Shown here: in pieces, positions 1 to 9,681 of the stretch
Layout: the number at the start of each line of letters is the position of its first letter
How positions within the stretch are numbered: position 1 is the first letter of the stretch
Source: a virus
Lineage: Duplodnaviria > Caudoviricetes
DNA length: 64,000 nucleotides
IMG/VR virus record: IMGVR_UViG_3300031949_001696
Strand: one strand, 5' to 3'
Made by a program: the position numbers and the translations under genes
The notes under the pieces: model-generated
What the model was told of the DNA's origin: nothing
What the model saw: only the letters and a program-made list of their open reading frames with translations
Database searches by the model: none

Positions 1-491
1 TACTTGCCGGGGGACCACGACGCGAGCACCTTCTCGTAGGCGTCGATCGCGCGCTCCAGCTCGTGCTCGCGGTTGTCGAGCTTGACCTTGCGCTGACGAT
101 GCTCGTGGGCGTAGGGCGGCGCGCCGATCCCGTAGGGAGGCTCCTCGCCGTACTTGAGGGTGACAGGCTTCGAAAAATCGAGGGGCCTGCCACGGACGTT
201 GTACTTCGTCGGATACCAGATGAGATCGGGATTCGTTGCCAGCGCGACAAGCTCGGAGCGAACACCATCAAGGTTGGTGCGCGCGCGATCGCGCGCCCAT
301 TGCGTGCCCTCCGTCGAGATCCCGAGATGCGGAAAGCCTGTGCCGCCGCAGGGGCCCGTGTGGTAGCCACCGTGCTGGCCGTGCTGGACGCCGATCGCGG
401 TGAAGCCGTGGCGGATGGGGTGATCGCCGCGCAGCTGCATCATGCGAAGGCAAACACTGCACGTGCCCTGGAGCTTGTCGGAAGCAGCCAT
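1..491 (-). CDS. Hypothetical phage-type protein with GTCxxC...HG...GPCxG metal-binding motif (runs off window)
   Basis: Manual translation MAASDKLQGTCSVCLRMMQ...RHGF...GPCGG; open to position 1; follows the 494-892 gene. Confidence 0.6.
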   Translation of the reverse strand, partial: MAASDKLQGTCSVCLRMMQLRGDHPIRHGFTAIGVQHGQHGGYHTGPCGGTGFPHLGISTEGTQWARDRARTNLDGVRSELVALATNPDLIWYPTKYNVRGRPLDFSKPVTLKYGEEPPYGIGAPPYAHEHRQRKVKLDNREHELERAIDAYEKVLASWSPGK

Positions 492-493
492 CG

Positions 494-892
494 TTACGAC
501 TCCATCTCGTCGTTGTACGCCTCGATGCCGTGCAGCCTGCCGGCTTCCATCGCGCGCTCGCGGCGCCACTCGCCGTCGGAGCGCTCCAGCTCGCGACGAT
601 GACGCTCGCACGACGGGCGATCCGGGTTCTGCGTGACCTCGTGCGTCTCGGGGCCGTCGATCATGACGTACTCCCACGAGCCGCGCGGGCCGCACGCGAG
701 CGACAGCTTCGAGTCATCGGGGAACATCACCACCTCGCGGTAGACGAGGATCGCTTCCTCGCGCGTCGCGAAGTCGTCGCCAGTCCAGCAATCGTCGTTG
801 TCGGTCTCGTCGGGATTCGAGCCCCAGAGCGTCACGCTGTAGGGCTTGTCGAGACCGTGGGTAAAGTCGCGGCGCTCGGTGCTCGTGGTCAT
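494..892 (-). CDS. Hypothetical acidic protein
   Basis: ORF from MTTSTERR; sigma54-like motif 14 nt upstream. Confidence 0.6.
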   Translation of the reverse strand: MTTSTERRDFTHGLDKPYSVTLWGSNPDETDNDDCWTGDDFATREEAILVYREVVMFPDDSKLSLACGPRGSWEYVMIDGPETHEVTQNPDRPSCERHRRELERSDGEWRRERAMEAGRLHGIEAYNDEMES

Positions 893-904
893 GCGCTCTC
901 TCGT

Positions 905-920
905 TGCGAGTAGCGCGCCA
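905..920 (-). promoter_or_regulatory. sigma54-like -24/-12 promoter TGGCGCGCTACTCGCA
   Basis: GG-N10-GC spacing; same 14-nt distance to ATG as at 25360 and 52327. Confidence 0.45.
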
Positions 921-1047
921 GCCGGCAGGTGCGGCAACCTCGTGATCGTACGCGCCTGGTAGGAATCTACCGTGTCGTCGCGACGATGGGTGTCCGATTA
1001 CCCGGATACCAGCAGCTATCGAACTGACGACTGACGAGAGTGTGCCC

Positions 1048-1076
1048 AGAAACCCCCACCGAAAACGGGGGTTTCT
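1048..1076. other. Perfect 10-bp stem-loop AGAAACCCCC-N9-GGGGGTTTCT in divergent intergenic region
   Basis: Inverted repeat read directly. Confidence 0.6.
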
Positions 1077-1307
1077 AGGGAAACTATCCGGGGTACTGGG
1101 AAACGGATTTGACCGTCTCCGTGCTCAGGGTACTTCCGGTCGTGGATGCACCACACGATCTTGGCGCCGAACACGACCCGACGCTTCTTTGGGCTCGCGG
1201 AGCGCGCATCGTCGTCAGCGACAGGGGTCATGGGTGGTGGCGGCGCCGACGATGACGCGCAGGCGACTCGGCGAGAAGGTCACCGAGGAAGATGAGGTCG
1301 AGCAGTA

Positions 1308-1578
1308 ATGCCGTACCGCGATCTGTCTCACGCCGAGCAGCAGAACGTCCTCGGCACACTACGGGCGTTGCGCGCGCGGTTCGGCAACTGGCTCACTGTC
1401 GAGCGCGCGCTGCCGATCTCGCACAGCCAGCGCGTCGAGATGACGGAGGGCCGGACCGAAGTGAGCACGACGATCGCGTTCCGCATCGCGAAGCTCCTCG
1501 AAGTCGCTCCACGACATGCTCCAGGGCCTCGCTCTGCCCAAGCCGACGTGCCCGCACTGCGGGAAGGTGATCGTCTAG
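1308..1578 (+). pseudogene. XRE-like HTH protein with C-terminal CPHCG, frameshifted near 1507
   Basis: MPYRDLS...AFRIAKLLEV continues in a shifted frame as LHDMLQGLALPKPTCPHCGKVIV*. Confidence 0.6.
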
Positions 1579-1631
1579 CCAGGCCGGTAACAAAATGGAC
1601 GAAAGTCCATTCATTTTGTTACCCTCGCTAT

Positions 1632-1985
1632 ATGAACGAGCGCGGACACTACGGAAACGGACCGGCACATACCTCCATGGCCTACGTCGGGTATGCACCT
1701 CCCAAGCCGCCGGATTCGTCTGGGACTGGAGCTGGAACGTTCGTCGTCGGAGCGCTCCTTGTGGGCGGTGCCGTTCTCGGGCTTCGATGGGCCTTCCGCA
1801 CGATGAAGGAAGACGAACGCGAGATCCAACGCGAGACTCGTCGGGCGCGTGCACAACAGGAGCTTCTCGACATGCCCGAGCGTGAGTTCGGCGAGCGCGT
1901 GCGTGAGAGCGGGCTACGGACAGGGATGTCTCAAGCGGAGCACGGTCGCGCCCTGGACGCTTATATCGCCAAGAAGGGGCGCTGA
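1632..1985 (+). CDS. Single-TM membrane protein with MNERGxYG N-terminus
   Basis: Hydrophobic FVVGALLVGGAVLGL; N-terminus shared with next gene; TACCCT-6nt-ATG. Confidence 0.6.
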   Translation: MNERGHYGNGPAHTSMAYVGYAPPKPPDSSGTGAGTFVVGALLVGGAVLGLRWAFRTMKEDEREIQRETRRARAQQELLDMPEREFGERVRESGLRTGMSQAEHGRALDAYIAKKGR

Positions 1986-1988
1986 GGA

Positions 1989-2282
1989 ATGAACGAGCGC
2001 GGACAGTACGGGTACTCATCGGGTGGCTACATCGGCGCAGACCGTACAGAAGCTCCGACAACAAAACCCACATCGGACAAGAACACCAAATGGGTTGTCT
2101 TGACGCTCGCAGGAACACTTGCCGTGGGCGTCCTAGCAAACGTGCTTCTCACGATCCGTAAAGTACGGAAGCAGCCGCGCTCTCCCTATTATCCGAGCGA
2201 GTTGGCTCGACGGGACGCCGAGAGAGCGGAGCGGATGGCCGAGGCGGCTCGTGAAGACAGAGCAAGTCAAAGCCCGAGGTAA
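1989..2282 (+). CDS. Single-TM membrane protein with MNERGxYG N-terminus
   Basis: Hydrophobic WVVLTLAGTLAVGVLANVLL; paralogous N-terminus. Confidence 0.6.
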   Translation: MNERGQYGYSSGGYIGADRTEAPTTKPTSDKNTKWVVLTLAGTLAVGVLANVLLTIRKVRKQPRSPYYPSELARRDAERAERMAEAAREDRASQSPR

Positions 2283-2336
2283 CAGGGATCTGCTCCTGGT
2301 ATTGCCGATTGAGCGAGCGCGCACTACGAACGTCGG

Positions 2337-2630
2337 ATGCGCCTTCGTCCCGCCAACCGCATGCCGCCCGTGGGATCGAAGCACGTCGTGACCTTCCATG
2401 CCGTCGCTCGCATGCTGGGATGGGCTTCAGCACGCATTCGCAGGATCGACGACGTGCTTCGCCCGACCCGAGCAGCGAACGGCGAACGGCTCTACGACGT
2501 CGATCGCGTGCTGTTTCTCGTCGAGACGATGGACAATGCGCCGGCCGTTCCAGCCCCGATCGTGATCAGCGCAGCCGAGTACAAAGAGCTGCGCCAGCGG
2601 TGGCGGGCACAACGCTCGTCGCGCACCTAG
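2337..2630 (+). CDS. MerR-like HTH protein
   Basis: VARMLGW...LRPTRAANGERLY resembles the MerR winged HTH. Confidence 0.5.
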   Translation: MRLRPANRMPPVGSKHVVTFHAVARMLGWASARIRRIDDVLRPTRAANGERLYDVDRVLFLVETMDNAPAVPAPIVISAAEYKELRQRWRAQRSSRT

Positions 2631-2682
2631 CGCGGTTCTACTTCTGTCGAGTTTTGAGGAAGCGCGGTTCTACTTCCGTCGA
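2629..2682 (+). repeat. 22-bp direct repeat AGCGCGGTTCTACTTCYGTCGA x2 (32-bp period)
   Basis: Copies at 2629-2650 and 2661-2682; further TGAGGAA and GCAGCCG repeats to ~2840. Confidence 0.8.
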
Positions 2683-2854
2683 AACTCGTGCGAATGCCGT
2701 CGATGCAGCTCGCGCGCTCCGCGAATCGCCCCACGTAATCACCGGACGTTCACCGAGCTTCTGAGGAAGCCGGCCGGGTATTGAGGAACCGACCCCTTCT
2801 GAGGCACAGCCGCAGCCGGCAGCCGGCAGCCGAAGCAGCCAAACCGTCTGCCGT

Positions 2855-3394
2855 CTACCGGCGTCGCGCCTTCCGCGGCTGCGCTTCGTGGATCTGACCG
2901 CCAGCTGCGCGGATCTCGTCAGGGTGCGTGCCTGCTGCTCCCTTCGAGTGATCGGTCACCGTCATCGCGCCGCTCTTCCCGAAGTGTCGCGAGACCAGCT
3001 TTCGCGGAATCGTCTCGAGCTTGCCGCGGTCGTCGGCCCTTTGGGCGTCCGGCTCGTCCTTGCTCCGGTAGATGTTTCCGCGGTGGTCTTTGTACATCTG
3101 GGGCTGGATGTGCTGGAACGAGAACGTCTCGTCGCCGTATCCCTTAATGGCGCTCGTCGGATGCGTCGGATGTCCTTCGCTCGCGAAGGAGTCGCGCATC
3201 TCCGTCGCGATGCGATGGGAGGTACTCATGCCCGTCGAGCTTGTGCTGCTGGGAATGGAAGGTGCGTCTTCCGCGTGGCTCGCCGCGTGCGTGCCGCTGC
3301 CCGGACCACTGCCGAACGTTCCGTTGCGCCTCGAAAGCACCTCGTTGATCTCGCGATCGAGCTGCGCGGGGCTCTTCTTCTTGGTCGGCGACAT
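2855..3394 (-). CDS. Hypothetical protein with N-terminal KKKSPAQLDREI tag
   Basis: AAAGGAG RBS before MSPTKKKSPAQLDREINEVL. Confidence 0.7.
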   Translation of the reverse strand: MSPTKKKSPAQLDREINEVLSRRNGTFGSGPGSGTHAASHAEDAPSIPSSTSSTGMSTSHRIATEMRDSFASEGHPTHPTSAIKGYGDETFSFQHIQPQMYKDHRGNIYRSKDEPDAQRADDRGKLETIPRKLVSRHFGKSGAMTVTDHSKGAAGTHPDEIRAAGGQIHEAQPRKARRR

Positions 3395-3422
3395 GGAACT
3401 CCTTTCCAATGGAGGCAGCGAT

Positions 3423-3956
3423 CTACTTCAAGGGACGCCCACACCGACGACAAATGCGGGCGTGACCGAGGCTGCGATAGTACCGCTCTTCTTCGGCTGC
3501 CAAGTTCCTCTCGTAGACGTAGTCGGGCAGTCTGAACGCTAGCTGCGACTCGCGAGCGGGACTCGTATCGTTCAACGCGTCGAGGTCGATCCGGTCGAGA
3601 CAGTACGGCTTGCCTTCGGGCATCGCCGCCCAAACAGCCTGCGCGATCGTCTTAGCGCCTCGTTTGCCTTGCAGATCGTACTTGTGGTTGATGGCGTCGA
3701 ATTCGGACGGAAAGACTGCGTAGTCCGCGCCGCCGTAATTCTGGACAACCTCGTAGTTGGTATCGAGAAACGCTTTGAGCGCCTTGGTCTTGGTGTCGTA
3801 GCAGACGCGATCTTCTTCGGGCGCTGCCTTCCGCCACCAGTTCGCGAGTTGGGTGCTGTGGGAAAGGTGACGGTTCGTGAGCGTAGGCGCGCGACCTGAC
3901 GCGAGCGTCTCGGCGATCTCGCGGTCGAGCTGGGCCGCGGTCTTCTTCTTCGCCAT
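3423..3956 (-). CDS. Hypothetical protein with N-terminal KKKTAAQLDREI tag
   Basis: MAKKKTAAQLDREIAETL; TAGGAT-7nt-ATG. Confidence 0.75.
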   Translation of the reverse strand: MAKKKTAAQLDREIAETLASGRAPTLTNRHLSHSTQLANWWRKAAPEEDRVCYDTKTKALKAFLDTNYEVVQNYGGADYAVFPSEFDAINHKYDLQGKRGAKTIAQAVWAAMPEGKPYCLDRIDLDALNDTSPARESQLAFRLPDYVYERNLAAEEERYYRSLGHARICRRCGRPLK

Positions 3957-3969
3957 GTCGGCGATCCTA

Positions 3970-4800
3970 TCAGCTCGACGGCGACTTCGTAGCTTGAGAG
4001 CCGATCAGCAGCTCGTGATCGAGTCGCGAGAGATCCGCGAAACGATGCAGCCCCGTCTTGTACTCATCAGGGATGCCTTCGAGCCCAAACCGCGCGCCGA
4101 GGACCGCACCCGCGATCGCACCTCGAGTGTCGGTATCGCCACCGAGCTTGATGGCCGCGATCACGCCATCTCGAAAACTATCGTGGTGAAGCGCGCAGTA
4201 GATCGCGGTCGCGGTGATCTGCCACGCGTTACCGCGGCGGCCCGCACTTGCGTTCATGAATTCTTCTGGGCTCGCGCCCAGGGACAACGTGATGCTCGCG
4301 CGAATCAGCGCCCCTTCGACGTGTGTCTGTGGATGTTGGCTGCCGCTACGTCGCGAGAAGCTAATCAGTCTGTCGATCACGTGCGGCAGGATGGCGCGGC
4401 GTGTGACGCCATCCTGAAGTGCGAGGCTGACCGTCATCGCGACCGCGAAGCTCGCCGCGATGGCTTCTGGATCTGCGTGCGTGATGTACGCGTCCGATCT
4501 GCACGCGTTAAGAAGCGCCGCTCCGTTTTTGTAGAACGCGCCGATCGGAGCAGCCCGCATCGGTGGAGCGCTGCCGACCTTGTGAGGATCGTCGAACGCT
4601 ATGCCGCTATGTTGCCAGCGCACGCCCTCGCCCAGCGCTTCCATCGCCAGCCGCGTTGTTCCGCCCATGCCGTGCGGTGTCCCCTGCGACCATGCGAGGT
4701 AGCGCCTGGCGACGTCGGCGCCGTCGAAGCCGTGACACGCGATCAGCGACGTCGCGAGGCATTCGGCCATCTCGGTGTCGTCCGTAAAATGTCCGGCCAG
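3970..4800 (-). pseudogene. ADP-ribosylglycohydrolase (ARH/DraG family), C-terminal ~275 aa; N-terminus lies at 29302-29448
   Basis: LAGHFTDDTEMA, MRAAPIG, TH, GGDTDTRGAIAGA motifs; the GDALG N-terminal motif is absent here. Confidence 0.85.
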
Positions 4801-4871
4801 TCCTCCTGTTTCAGTTGCTCGCGCAGCTCGCGAATCTGCGCGTCGGTGATCGTGCCGGCCGTGAGCTTCAC
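4798..4871 (-). pseudogene. N-terminal half of a 'TITDxQIREL...CAEILNAR' family gene; C-half at 29446-29602
   Basis: VKLTAGTITDAQIRELREQLKQED then loses family similarity. Confidence 0.75.
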
Positions 4872-5260
4872 GTACCGCTCCTGGCGTTGAGGATCTCGGC
4901 GCAGCGCGCGCGAACCTGCTCCTTGGCGCGCGGAATCTCGGCCTCGGTCGCGCAGCCGTAACCGATATACGTGCCGTCGGGCAGGGTGATGCCCACCGAC
5001 CACACGCCTAGCTCGCCGTTGTACTCCGCGAGGATCTGCTCGTTCGTGATCAACCGCAACGCACGCGCGTTGAACAGCTCGGCGCAGTGGGCGCGAGCCT
5101 CCCGGCGATCTTCCGTGCTCCAGCCAGGCAGCGTCGCCACGGTCAGCTCGATGGCAGCGATCTCGTCCGCGTAGAACAGCTCGCGGATCTGATCGTCGGT
5201 GATCGTGGCGGCGGTGAGCTTCGCGGCATTATCTGCACGGGAAGTGATCAAGTCGCCCAT
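4868..5260 (-). CDS. 'TITDDQIREL...CAEILNAR' family protein (two units)
   Basis: KLTAATITDDQIRELF...CAELFNAR...CAEILNAR. Confidence 0.7.
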   Translation of the reverse strand: MGDLITSRADNAAKLTAATITDDQIRELFYADEIAAIELTVATLPGWSTEDRREARAHCAELFNARALRLITNEQILAEYNGELGVWSVGITLPDGTYIGYGCATEAEIPRAKEQVRARCAEILNARSGT

Positions 5261-5622
5261 GGCTCTGCTCCTCGCTCGTCCCAGAGTTGCTCGAATGCCG
5301 ATTCTCCGGTGTCGGGATCTTTCCCGGCCCGCGCCGCGGCAGTGCGCCAGTATGCCCGGGCGACTTCTTTGAGACGTAGTGCTTCGGAGATCTGTGCGGC
5401 GCTCACGACGTGCAGCTCGATCTGGACATCTGGCACCTGGAATAGATTGTGTTCGGACGCCTCGGCGATCACCTGGGCGTGCGCGTCCTGCATGCTCGTC
5501 GCGCGTACGAACACAGCACGCCGGAATTTGGCTGATCCGGTCGTCGTTATTGCCAGGAATGGCGCCTTGTCGTCGTTGAGGAATTTCCTCGCGTCCTTGC
5601 GCGCCTTAGATCTCGCTTTCAC
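5248..5622 (-). CDS. Hypothetical protein
   Basis: Coupled ORF from [10 protein letters not shown]. Confidence 0.5.
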   Translation of the reverse strand: MKARSKARKDARKFLNDDKAPFLAITTTGSAKFRRAVFVRATSMQDAHAQVIAEASEHNLFQVPDVQIELHVVSAAQISEALRLKEVARAYWRTAAARAGKDPDTGESAFEQLWDERGAEPWAT

Positions 5623-5780
5623 GGACAGCCCCCGAGCATGATGGTGGCGAGGACGAAGAGGAGCGCCACGACCGCCCACGCGGTCAACGAGCCCTCGGTA
5701 GGCGAAGAGCACTGTTGCTCGCGCTCGGCGGCGGCGTAGAACGTGATCGAGCGATCGGGGCCGTAGATGGGATCATTCAC
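5619..5780 (-). CDS. Small membrane protein
   Basis: C-terminal [16 protein letters not shown]; overlapping start/stop. Confidence 0.5.
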   Translation of the reverse strand: MNDPIYGPDRSITFYAAAEREQQCSSPTEGSLTAWAVVALLFVLATIMLGGCP

Positions 5781-6358
5781 GAGGGGCTCCTTTCTTCGTT
5801 GGCCTTCTTGAGCGCAAAGAACAGCTCGCCTTGCTCGATCGCGTCGTCGATCGCGACATGCGTGTGCGGACGGCTCTTCGACACGTACTTCTTCATCGTC
5901 TGCTTGGTGACCTCGCGGTACCCGCAGCGCATGAGCGCCATCGCGTAGGTCTTGATGTCGAGCGCGGAGAACGAGAACGGACTCTTGCCAGATCCAAGGA
6001 ACCGGATCAGGTACCAATAGACGAATAGGAAGTCGAAGCCGGCCGGATATCCGACGAACACAGGCTTGCCTCCGCCACGCTCCGCCACGCTCTTGACCCA
6101 GCTTGCGAACATCGGCATCGCGACGTCGGGCGAGATCGGGCTAGCGCGACACGCCTTCCACGCCTCGGGCTGCGTCTCCCACCACTTCATGGTGTCTGCG
6201 TCGGAGATCGCGCCGCGCAGCTCCTCAAGGTTGATCGTGTACGTGTCGATCATCTTGCCGGTACCGTCGAAGGCGGCGGCGCCCAACGACAGCATTGAGT
6301 TGATGCCCGGAATGGGCCCGTCGGTCTCGATGTCCACGCTGAAGTAGATTTCGCTCAT
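5777..6358 (-). CDS. DEDD 3'-5' exonuclease (DnaQ-like / Rv2179c-like)
   Basis: SVDIETDGP (ExoI), AGFD (ExoII), THVAIDDA (ExoIII). Confidence 0.85.
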   Translation of the reverse strand: MSEIYFSVDIETDGPIPGINSMLSLGAAAFDGTGKMIDTYTINLEELRGAISDADTMKWWETQPEAWKACRASPISPDVAMPMFASWVKSVAERGGGKPVFVGYPAGFDFLFVYWYLIRFLGSGKSPFSFSALDIKTYAMALMRCGYREVTKQTMKKYVSKSRPHTHVAIDDAIEQGELFFALKKANEERSPS

Positions 6359-6561
6359 GTCAAGGTTCCCGGTTCGATTCGTTTTCCGAGGATCGCGTCG
6401 AGCGCGACCATCAGGTCGTCGATATCTGCGCGCTCGATCACGATCTCGGCGCTGGGCGTATGCGTCTTCGAGATCCGGAGGTTCCCGCCGCCGGTCTCCT
6501 CGACGAGGATCGATCCGACGACGTGACGTGATCGACTAGTGATGGGGCTATTGATCGTCAC
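6355..6561 (-). CDS. Hypothetical protein
   Basis: Coupled [11 protein letters not shown]... Confidence 0.5.
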   Translation of the reverse strand: MTINSPITSRSRHVVGSILVEETGGGNLRISKTHTPSAEIVIERADIDDLMVALDAILGKRIEPGTLT

Positions 6562-6749
6562 GAGGTTTTCTCCGCCTGCGCGGCAGCGCGCTCCAGGTTT
6601 TGGGCGTGCAGATCGCTGCCGTGCTCGCGGAGCTTCGTTGCCGCGAGACGGTACGCAGCGGCGACGACGTCTCCGCCTCTCGCGTGGCTGCTGTCGTACT
6701 CGCGCGCGGCGGCGAGCAGGATCTTGGTGGCGTGCCAGGTGTCGTGCAT
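6558..6749 (-). CDS. Hypothetical protein
   Basis: ORF with AAGGA RBS. Confidence 0.5.
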   Translation of the reverse strand: MHDTWHATKILLAAAREYDSSHARGGDVVAAAYRLAATKLREHGSDLHAQNLERAAAQAEKTS

Positions 6750-6764
6750 GGGCGTGTCCTTGTT

Positions 6765-7046
6765 TCAGTAGTAGGGGTCGTATTCGCGGACGATCGGAGG
6801 CTCGTAGCCGTCGAGGTAGATGACGGGTGCCAAGAAGCCGGCGCGCTCGCGCAGCCCGCGCTTCATGTCGACGAGGAACTCGTCGGTGATCGCGTAGCGA
6901 TCTTGCGGAGCGACCTTGATCACGATTTCGAGGTCGAAGCGTCCGTGGATGCGCGCGAAGTTCGCGGTCTCCTTGTCCTTGCAGCGCGTCTCGATCTGGT
7001 TCATGAGCCAATCGAGGTGCTCCTGCGAGATGTCGTTGGTTTTCAT
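6765..7046 (-). CDS. Hypothetical protein
   Basis: MKTNDISQEH..., AGGAG RBS. Confidence 0.55.
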   Translation of the reverse strand: MKTNDISQEHLDWLMNQIETRCKDKETANFARIHGRFDLEIVIKVAPQDRYAITDEFLVDMKRGLRERAGFLAPVIYLDGYEPPIVREYDPYY

Positions 7047-7285
7047 TCGGACTTCTCCTTGATGACGATGGCTTCGACCGTCGGCGTGTCGAAGAGCGCG
7101 CGTACGGCCTTCATGGGCACTTGAATAATCAGCTCGCGCACGAGCTTGTCTTCGCGTCTCTTGAGGTACTCGGGTGGAAAGCCGCCGTTCTCGTCGACGG
7201 TGTACTCGTCGACAGCGGTGACGAGCCATGGAAGGTCGTCGCCGTCGCCCGCGTGCCAGAGGGTGTAGATCATCATCGGGGTCAT
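7043..7285 (-). CDS. Hypothetical protein
   Basis: Coupled ORF. Confidence 0.55.
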   Translation of the reverse strand: MTPMMIYTLWHAGDGDDLPWLVTAVDEYTVDENGGFPPEYLKRREDKLVRELIIQVPMKAVRALFDTPTVEAIVIKEKSE

Positions 7286-7626
7286 GGGCGCACCGTCCCG
7301 ACGACGTGGACCTCGGTTAGCTTGTCGCCACTAAAGCGCGGGCCTCCGACCTGCCAGCGCACGATGCCGCCCACGACGGATCGCTTCGCCGCCGATACGA
7401 CTTGCCCGCGGCGGGTCGTGAGATCGAAGTCGGCCGTGATCGGTTCCAGCTGGTGCTCGAACACGGCGCTCGGCATGCTCCAGCGACCGTCGGCTGCCGA
7501 GGGATTTGACGAGTGCTGCCAGCGGCAGACGCGGAGCTTGCCGGCCTTCTGCGATGGCTCCAGTACGATGACGATCTTGAACGTCTTGCACGTCCGATCG
7601 CGGCAGATCTGGCCTGAGTCTATCAC
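7282..7626 (-). CDS. Hypothetical protein
   Basis: Coupled ORF. Confidence 0.5.
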   Translation of the reverse strand: MIDSGQICRDRTCKTFKIVIVLEPSQKAGKLRVCRWQHSSNPSAADGRWSMPSAVFEHQLEPITADFDLTTRRGQVVSAAKRSVVGGIVRWQVGGPRFSGDKLTEVHVVGTVRP

Positions 7627-8018
7627 GAAGGATCCTTGGCGAGTTCGCGCTGGTCAGCTTCGCCCCGCGGGAGACGCACGAACGTGCAGTTTTTCCAACG
7701 CCGCTCGCGCCCGTCGAAGGCGCGGATCGTGTACTCGCTTTCGCCCTCGATCGCGATCAGTTCACCGACGCAATCGATCGGCCTGCCGCGGATGTTGGTC
7801 ACCTCCAGGACGAGCTGACCAGGCGCGATCTCGCGCATCCAGTCGAACAAGCGGCGAGCCGCGGGCGTAACGTTGTGTGACGATCTCCAGAGCTGCTCGC
7901 CGGTCGCAACGAGCATGGCGGCGAGGTTTTCGACGGCTTCACGCTTCTCGTATTCGAGTCGCTGACAGCCGTCGCAATCGGGATACGGGTCGCCTGGGAG
8001 CTGTGGATCGTCAGTCAT
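7623..8018 (-). CDS. Hypothetical protein with LPGDPxPxCxGCQRxEYEKRE module
   Basis: Module also present near 30310-30390. Confidence 0.6.
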   Translation of the reverse strand: MTDDPQLPGDPYPDCDGCQRLEYEKREAVENLAAMLVATGEQLWRSSHNVTPAARRLFDWMREIAPGQLVLEVTNIRGRPIDCVGELIAIEGESEYTIRAFDGRERRWKNCTFVRLPRGEADQRELAKDPS

Positions 8019-9004
8019 TTGGTTTCTCCCCGGACCTTGCCGCGACCCTTGCGGTAGCGGAATGGACGCCGGGTCCGGTTGGCCTCGATCAGGTCGTCGC
8101 GTTCGAGGTTCGTCAGCGCGACGATCACAGTCGTAGCCTTGACGGCAGTGCCGCGGTCGGCAGCGCTTTGCACGATGTCGCGCGTTGTCATCCACGGGAA
8201 GTCGCGCGGCATCCCCAGGATCTCAAGCACGAGCGCTGTCGTCGTTCCCGCGCGCGGCGGCGGGCGTAGTGGCCGATCCCACGACGCGCGAGGGTGCTCG
8301 TGCCAGATCTTGGGTGCCGCGTCGAGTGCGGCTTTGTGTGCGAGATTAGCGGAAGCGTAACGCCGGATGTCGCCGCTCTGCGTCCGCAGGAAGCTGCCGT
8401 CGACGTAGGCCATCCAACGCGGCAGCTCGCTCTGGGGCGCTTCGTCATAAACGACGCCCACGCCCTCACACGGAGGTCGATCTGTGTCCTCGAAGATGTT
8501 CTTGAGGTGAGGGCAGCCGCAGTACCGGTGCTCGCCCCAGATGCGCTCGCACCCGGCGTTGCACAGATCGCAGCGGATGCTCGGTGCGGACTCGGCGTCA
8601 ATCTGGGAAAGCGCGGCCATGGAGGCGGCGATCGCGTCGATGACGTTGTCGCCCGTGAGCTTCCACTCGGGCCTGTGGATCACGGTCGGATCGTAACTGC
8701 ACAGATCGAGCCCCGGAGACCACTTGCGGTGGTCGTGGCCGTAGCCGTCGTGGCCTATGAGCGTTCCGAGCCCATAGCGCGCTGCGAACCGACCGAGACC
8801 GGCGATGAACCGTGGATCGCTCTCGGAGAGGCGATCTGGGGTCGCGTCCCAGAACTCGACTAGCGGCTCCGCGCTGTCGTGCACGATACCGTGATGCCAG
8901 AAGCCGTCGTTTCTGCCGTAGGTATCTCCCTCGCGCACGATCCGAACGTTGAAGGCTCGACCAACATCGTTCACGACGCGCGTGACGATAACCGGCGCGT
9001 CCAT
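8015..9004 (-). CDS. Multidomain hypothetical protein (N-domain paralogous to 9678-10049; C-terminal winged-HTH-like)
   Basis: AFNVRIVREGDTYG...EPLVEFWDA...DPRF..GLG shared. Confidence 0.65.
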   Translation of the reverse strand: MDAPVIVTRVVNDVGRAFNVRIVREGDTYGRNDGFWHHGIVHDSAEPLVEFWDATPDRLSESDPRFIAGLGRFAARYGLGTLIGHDGYGHDHRKWSPGLDLCSYDPTVIHRPEWKLTGDNVIDAIAASMAALSQIDAESAPSIRCDLCNAGCERIWGEHRYCGCPHLKNIFEDTDRPPCEGVGVVYDEAPQSELPRWMAYVDGSFLRTQSGDIRRYASANLAHKAALDAAPKIWHEHPRASWDRPLRPPPRAGTTTALVLEILGMPRDFPWMTTRDIVQSAADRGTAVKATTVIVALTNLERDDLIEANRTRRPFRYRKGRGKVRGETK

Positions 9005-9005
9005 G

Positions 9006-9251
9006 TCAGTTGCTCTCTTCGCGGATCTGCGCGGCCTGCGCACTCTGCGAAAGCACGTAGACGACCGCGTATGCGAGGTAGCGGGGGTCGTTTTCCTGGC
9101 CGAGCTTCTCGTTGATCGCGGGCATGTTCGGCTCGATCACGCGCGTCAGGATCTGCGCCGTTGCGTCGAGATCACCGTGGATTTCGTACAGCCGCGCAGC
9201 TTCGTTGATCTGCGCTTCGGTCAGAAACTGCGGCAGGGTGAAGGTCTTCAC
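9006..9251 (-). CDS. Hypothetical protein
   Basis: ORF in operon-like array. Confidence 0.55.
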   Translation of the reverse strand: MKTFTLPQFLTEAQINEAARLYEIHGDLDATAQILTRVIEPNMPAINEKLGQENDPRYLAYAVVYVLSQSAQAAQIREESN

Positions 9252-9514
9252 GACGACAGCCTCCTCACGGTCTCGGCGACGAGAACGAGATCGCCCGTTG
9301 GCTCACTGGGTTCGCGAGTCATTTCGGCTGCTCGACGCTTGGCCTGCGCGAAGCTGGGCCAGTCGCCGCGGTACTCGTTGTCGACGTAGAGTCCCCAGCC
9401 GGTGACTTTGGCGCGCTCCTTGAGACGGACCAGACACGCGCGACCGTCCTGTTGGTCGTAGCCGCCGGGTGCCTTGCGCCACCACGTCGGATCGAGGGGT
9501 CGCAGCGGCTTCAC
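9248..9514 (-). CDS. Hypothetical protein
   Basis: Coupled ORF VKPLRPLDPTWW. Confidence 0.5.
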   Translation of the reverse strand: MKPLRPLDPTWWRKAPGGYDQQDGRACLVRLKERAKVTGWGLYVDNEYRGDWPSFAQAKRRAAEMTREPSEPTGDLVLVAETVRRLSS

Positions 9515-9681
9515 GACAGCGCTCCTTCGATGCGAGAGCCGCACTCGGACCACCACTTGTCGAACGCCTTTTCGGCCTCGCGACCTACGGCGTCGTGATT
9601 GCCGAGCGAGCTTCGACCGTGCAAGTAGCCTACGACGAACAAGCGAAGCGCCTCGCGGCGGCGTTGATCTTCGGACTTCAC
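9511..9681 (-). CDS. Hypothetical protein
   Basis: Coupled ORF VKSEDQRR. Confidence 0.45.
   Translation of the reverse strand: MKSEDQRRREALRLFVVGYLHGRSSLGNHDAVGREAEKAFDKWWSECGSRIEGALS

Noticed and set aside
1308-1985. Single 225-aa ORF from the track
   Set aside because: Better explained as a frameshifted XRE-like gene reading into a separate gene at 1632.
2629-2682. Possible CRISPR array
   Set aside because: Only two repeats, 10-bp spacer, no cas genes.
4780-4820. Canonical recombinase sites at the large inversion ends
   Set aside because: Only CTG is shared and there is no match to the 21818 site, so a link to the recombinase is unproven.
3877-4890. Long antisense/alternate ORFs (also 12275-13084, 14136-15305, 20505-21677, 41212-42345)
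   Set aside because: GC-rich shadow frames over genes with recognisable motifs.
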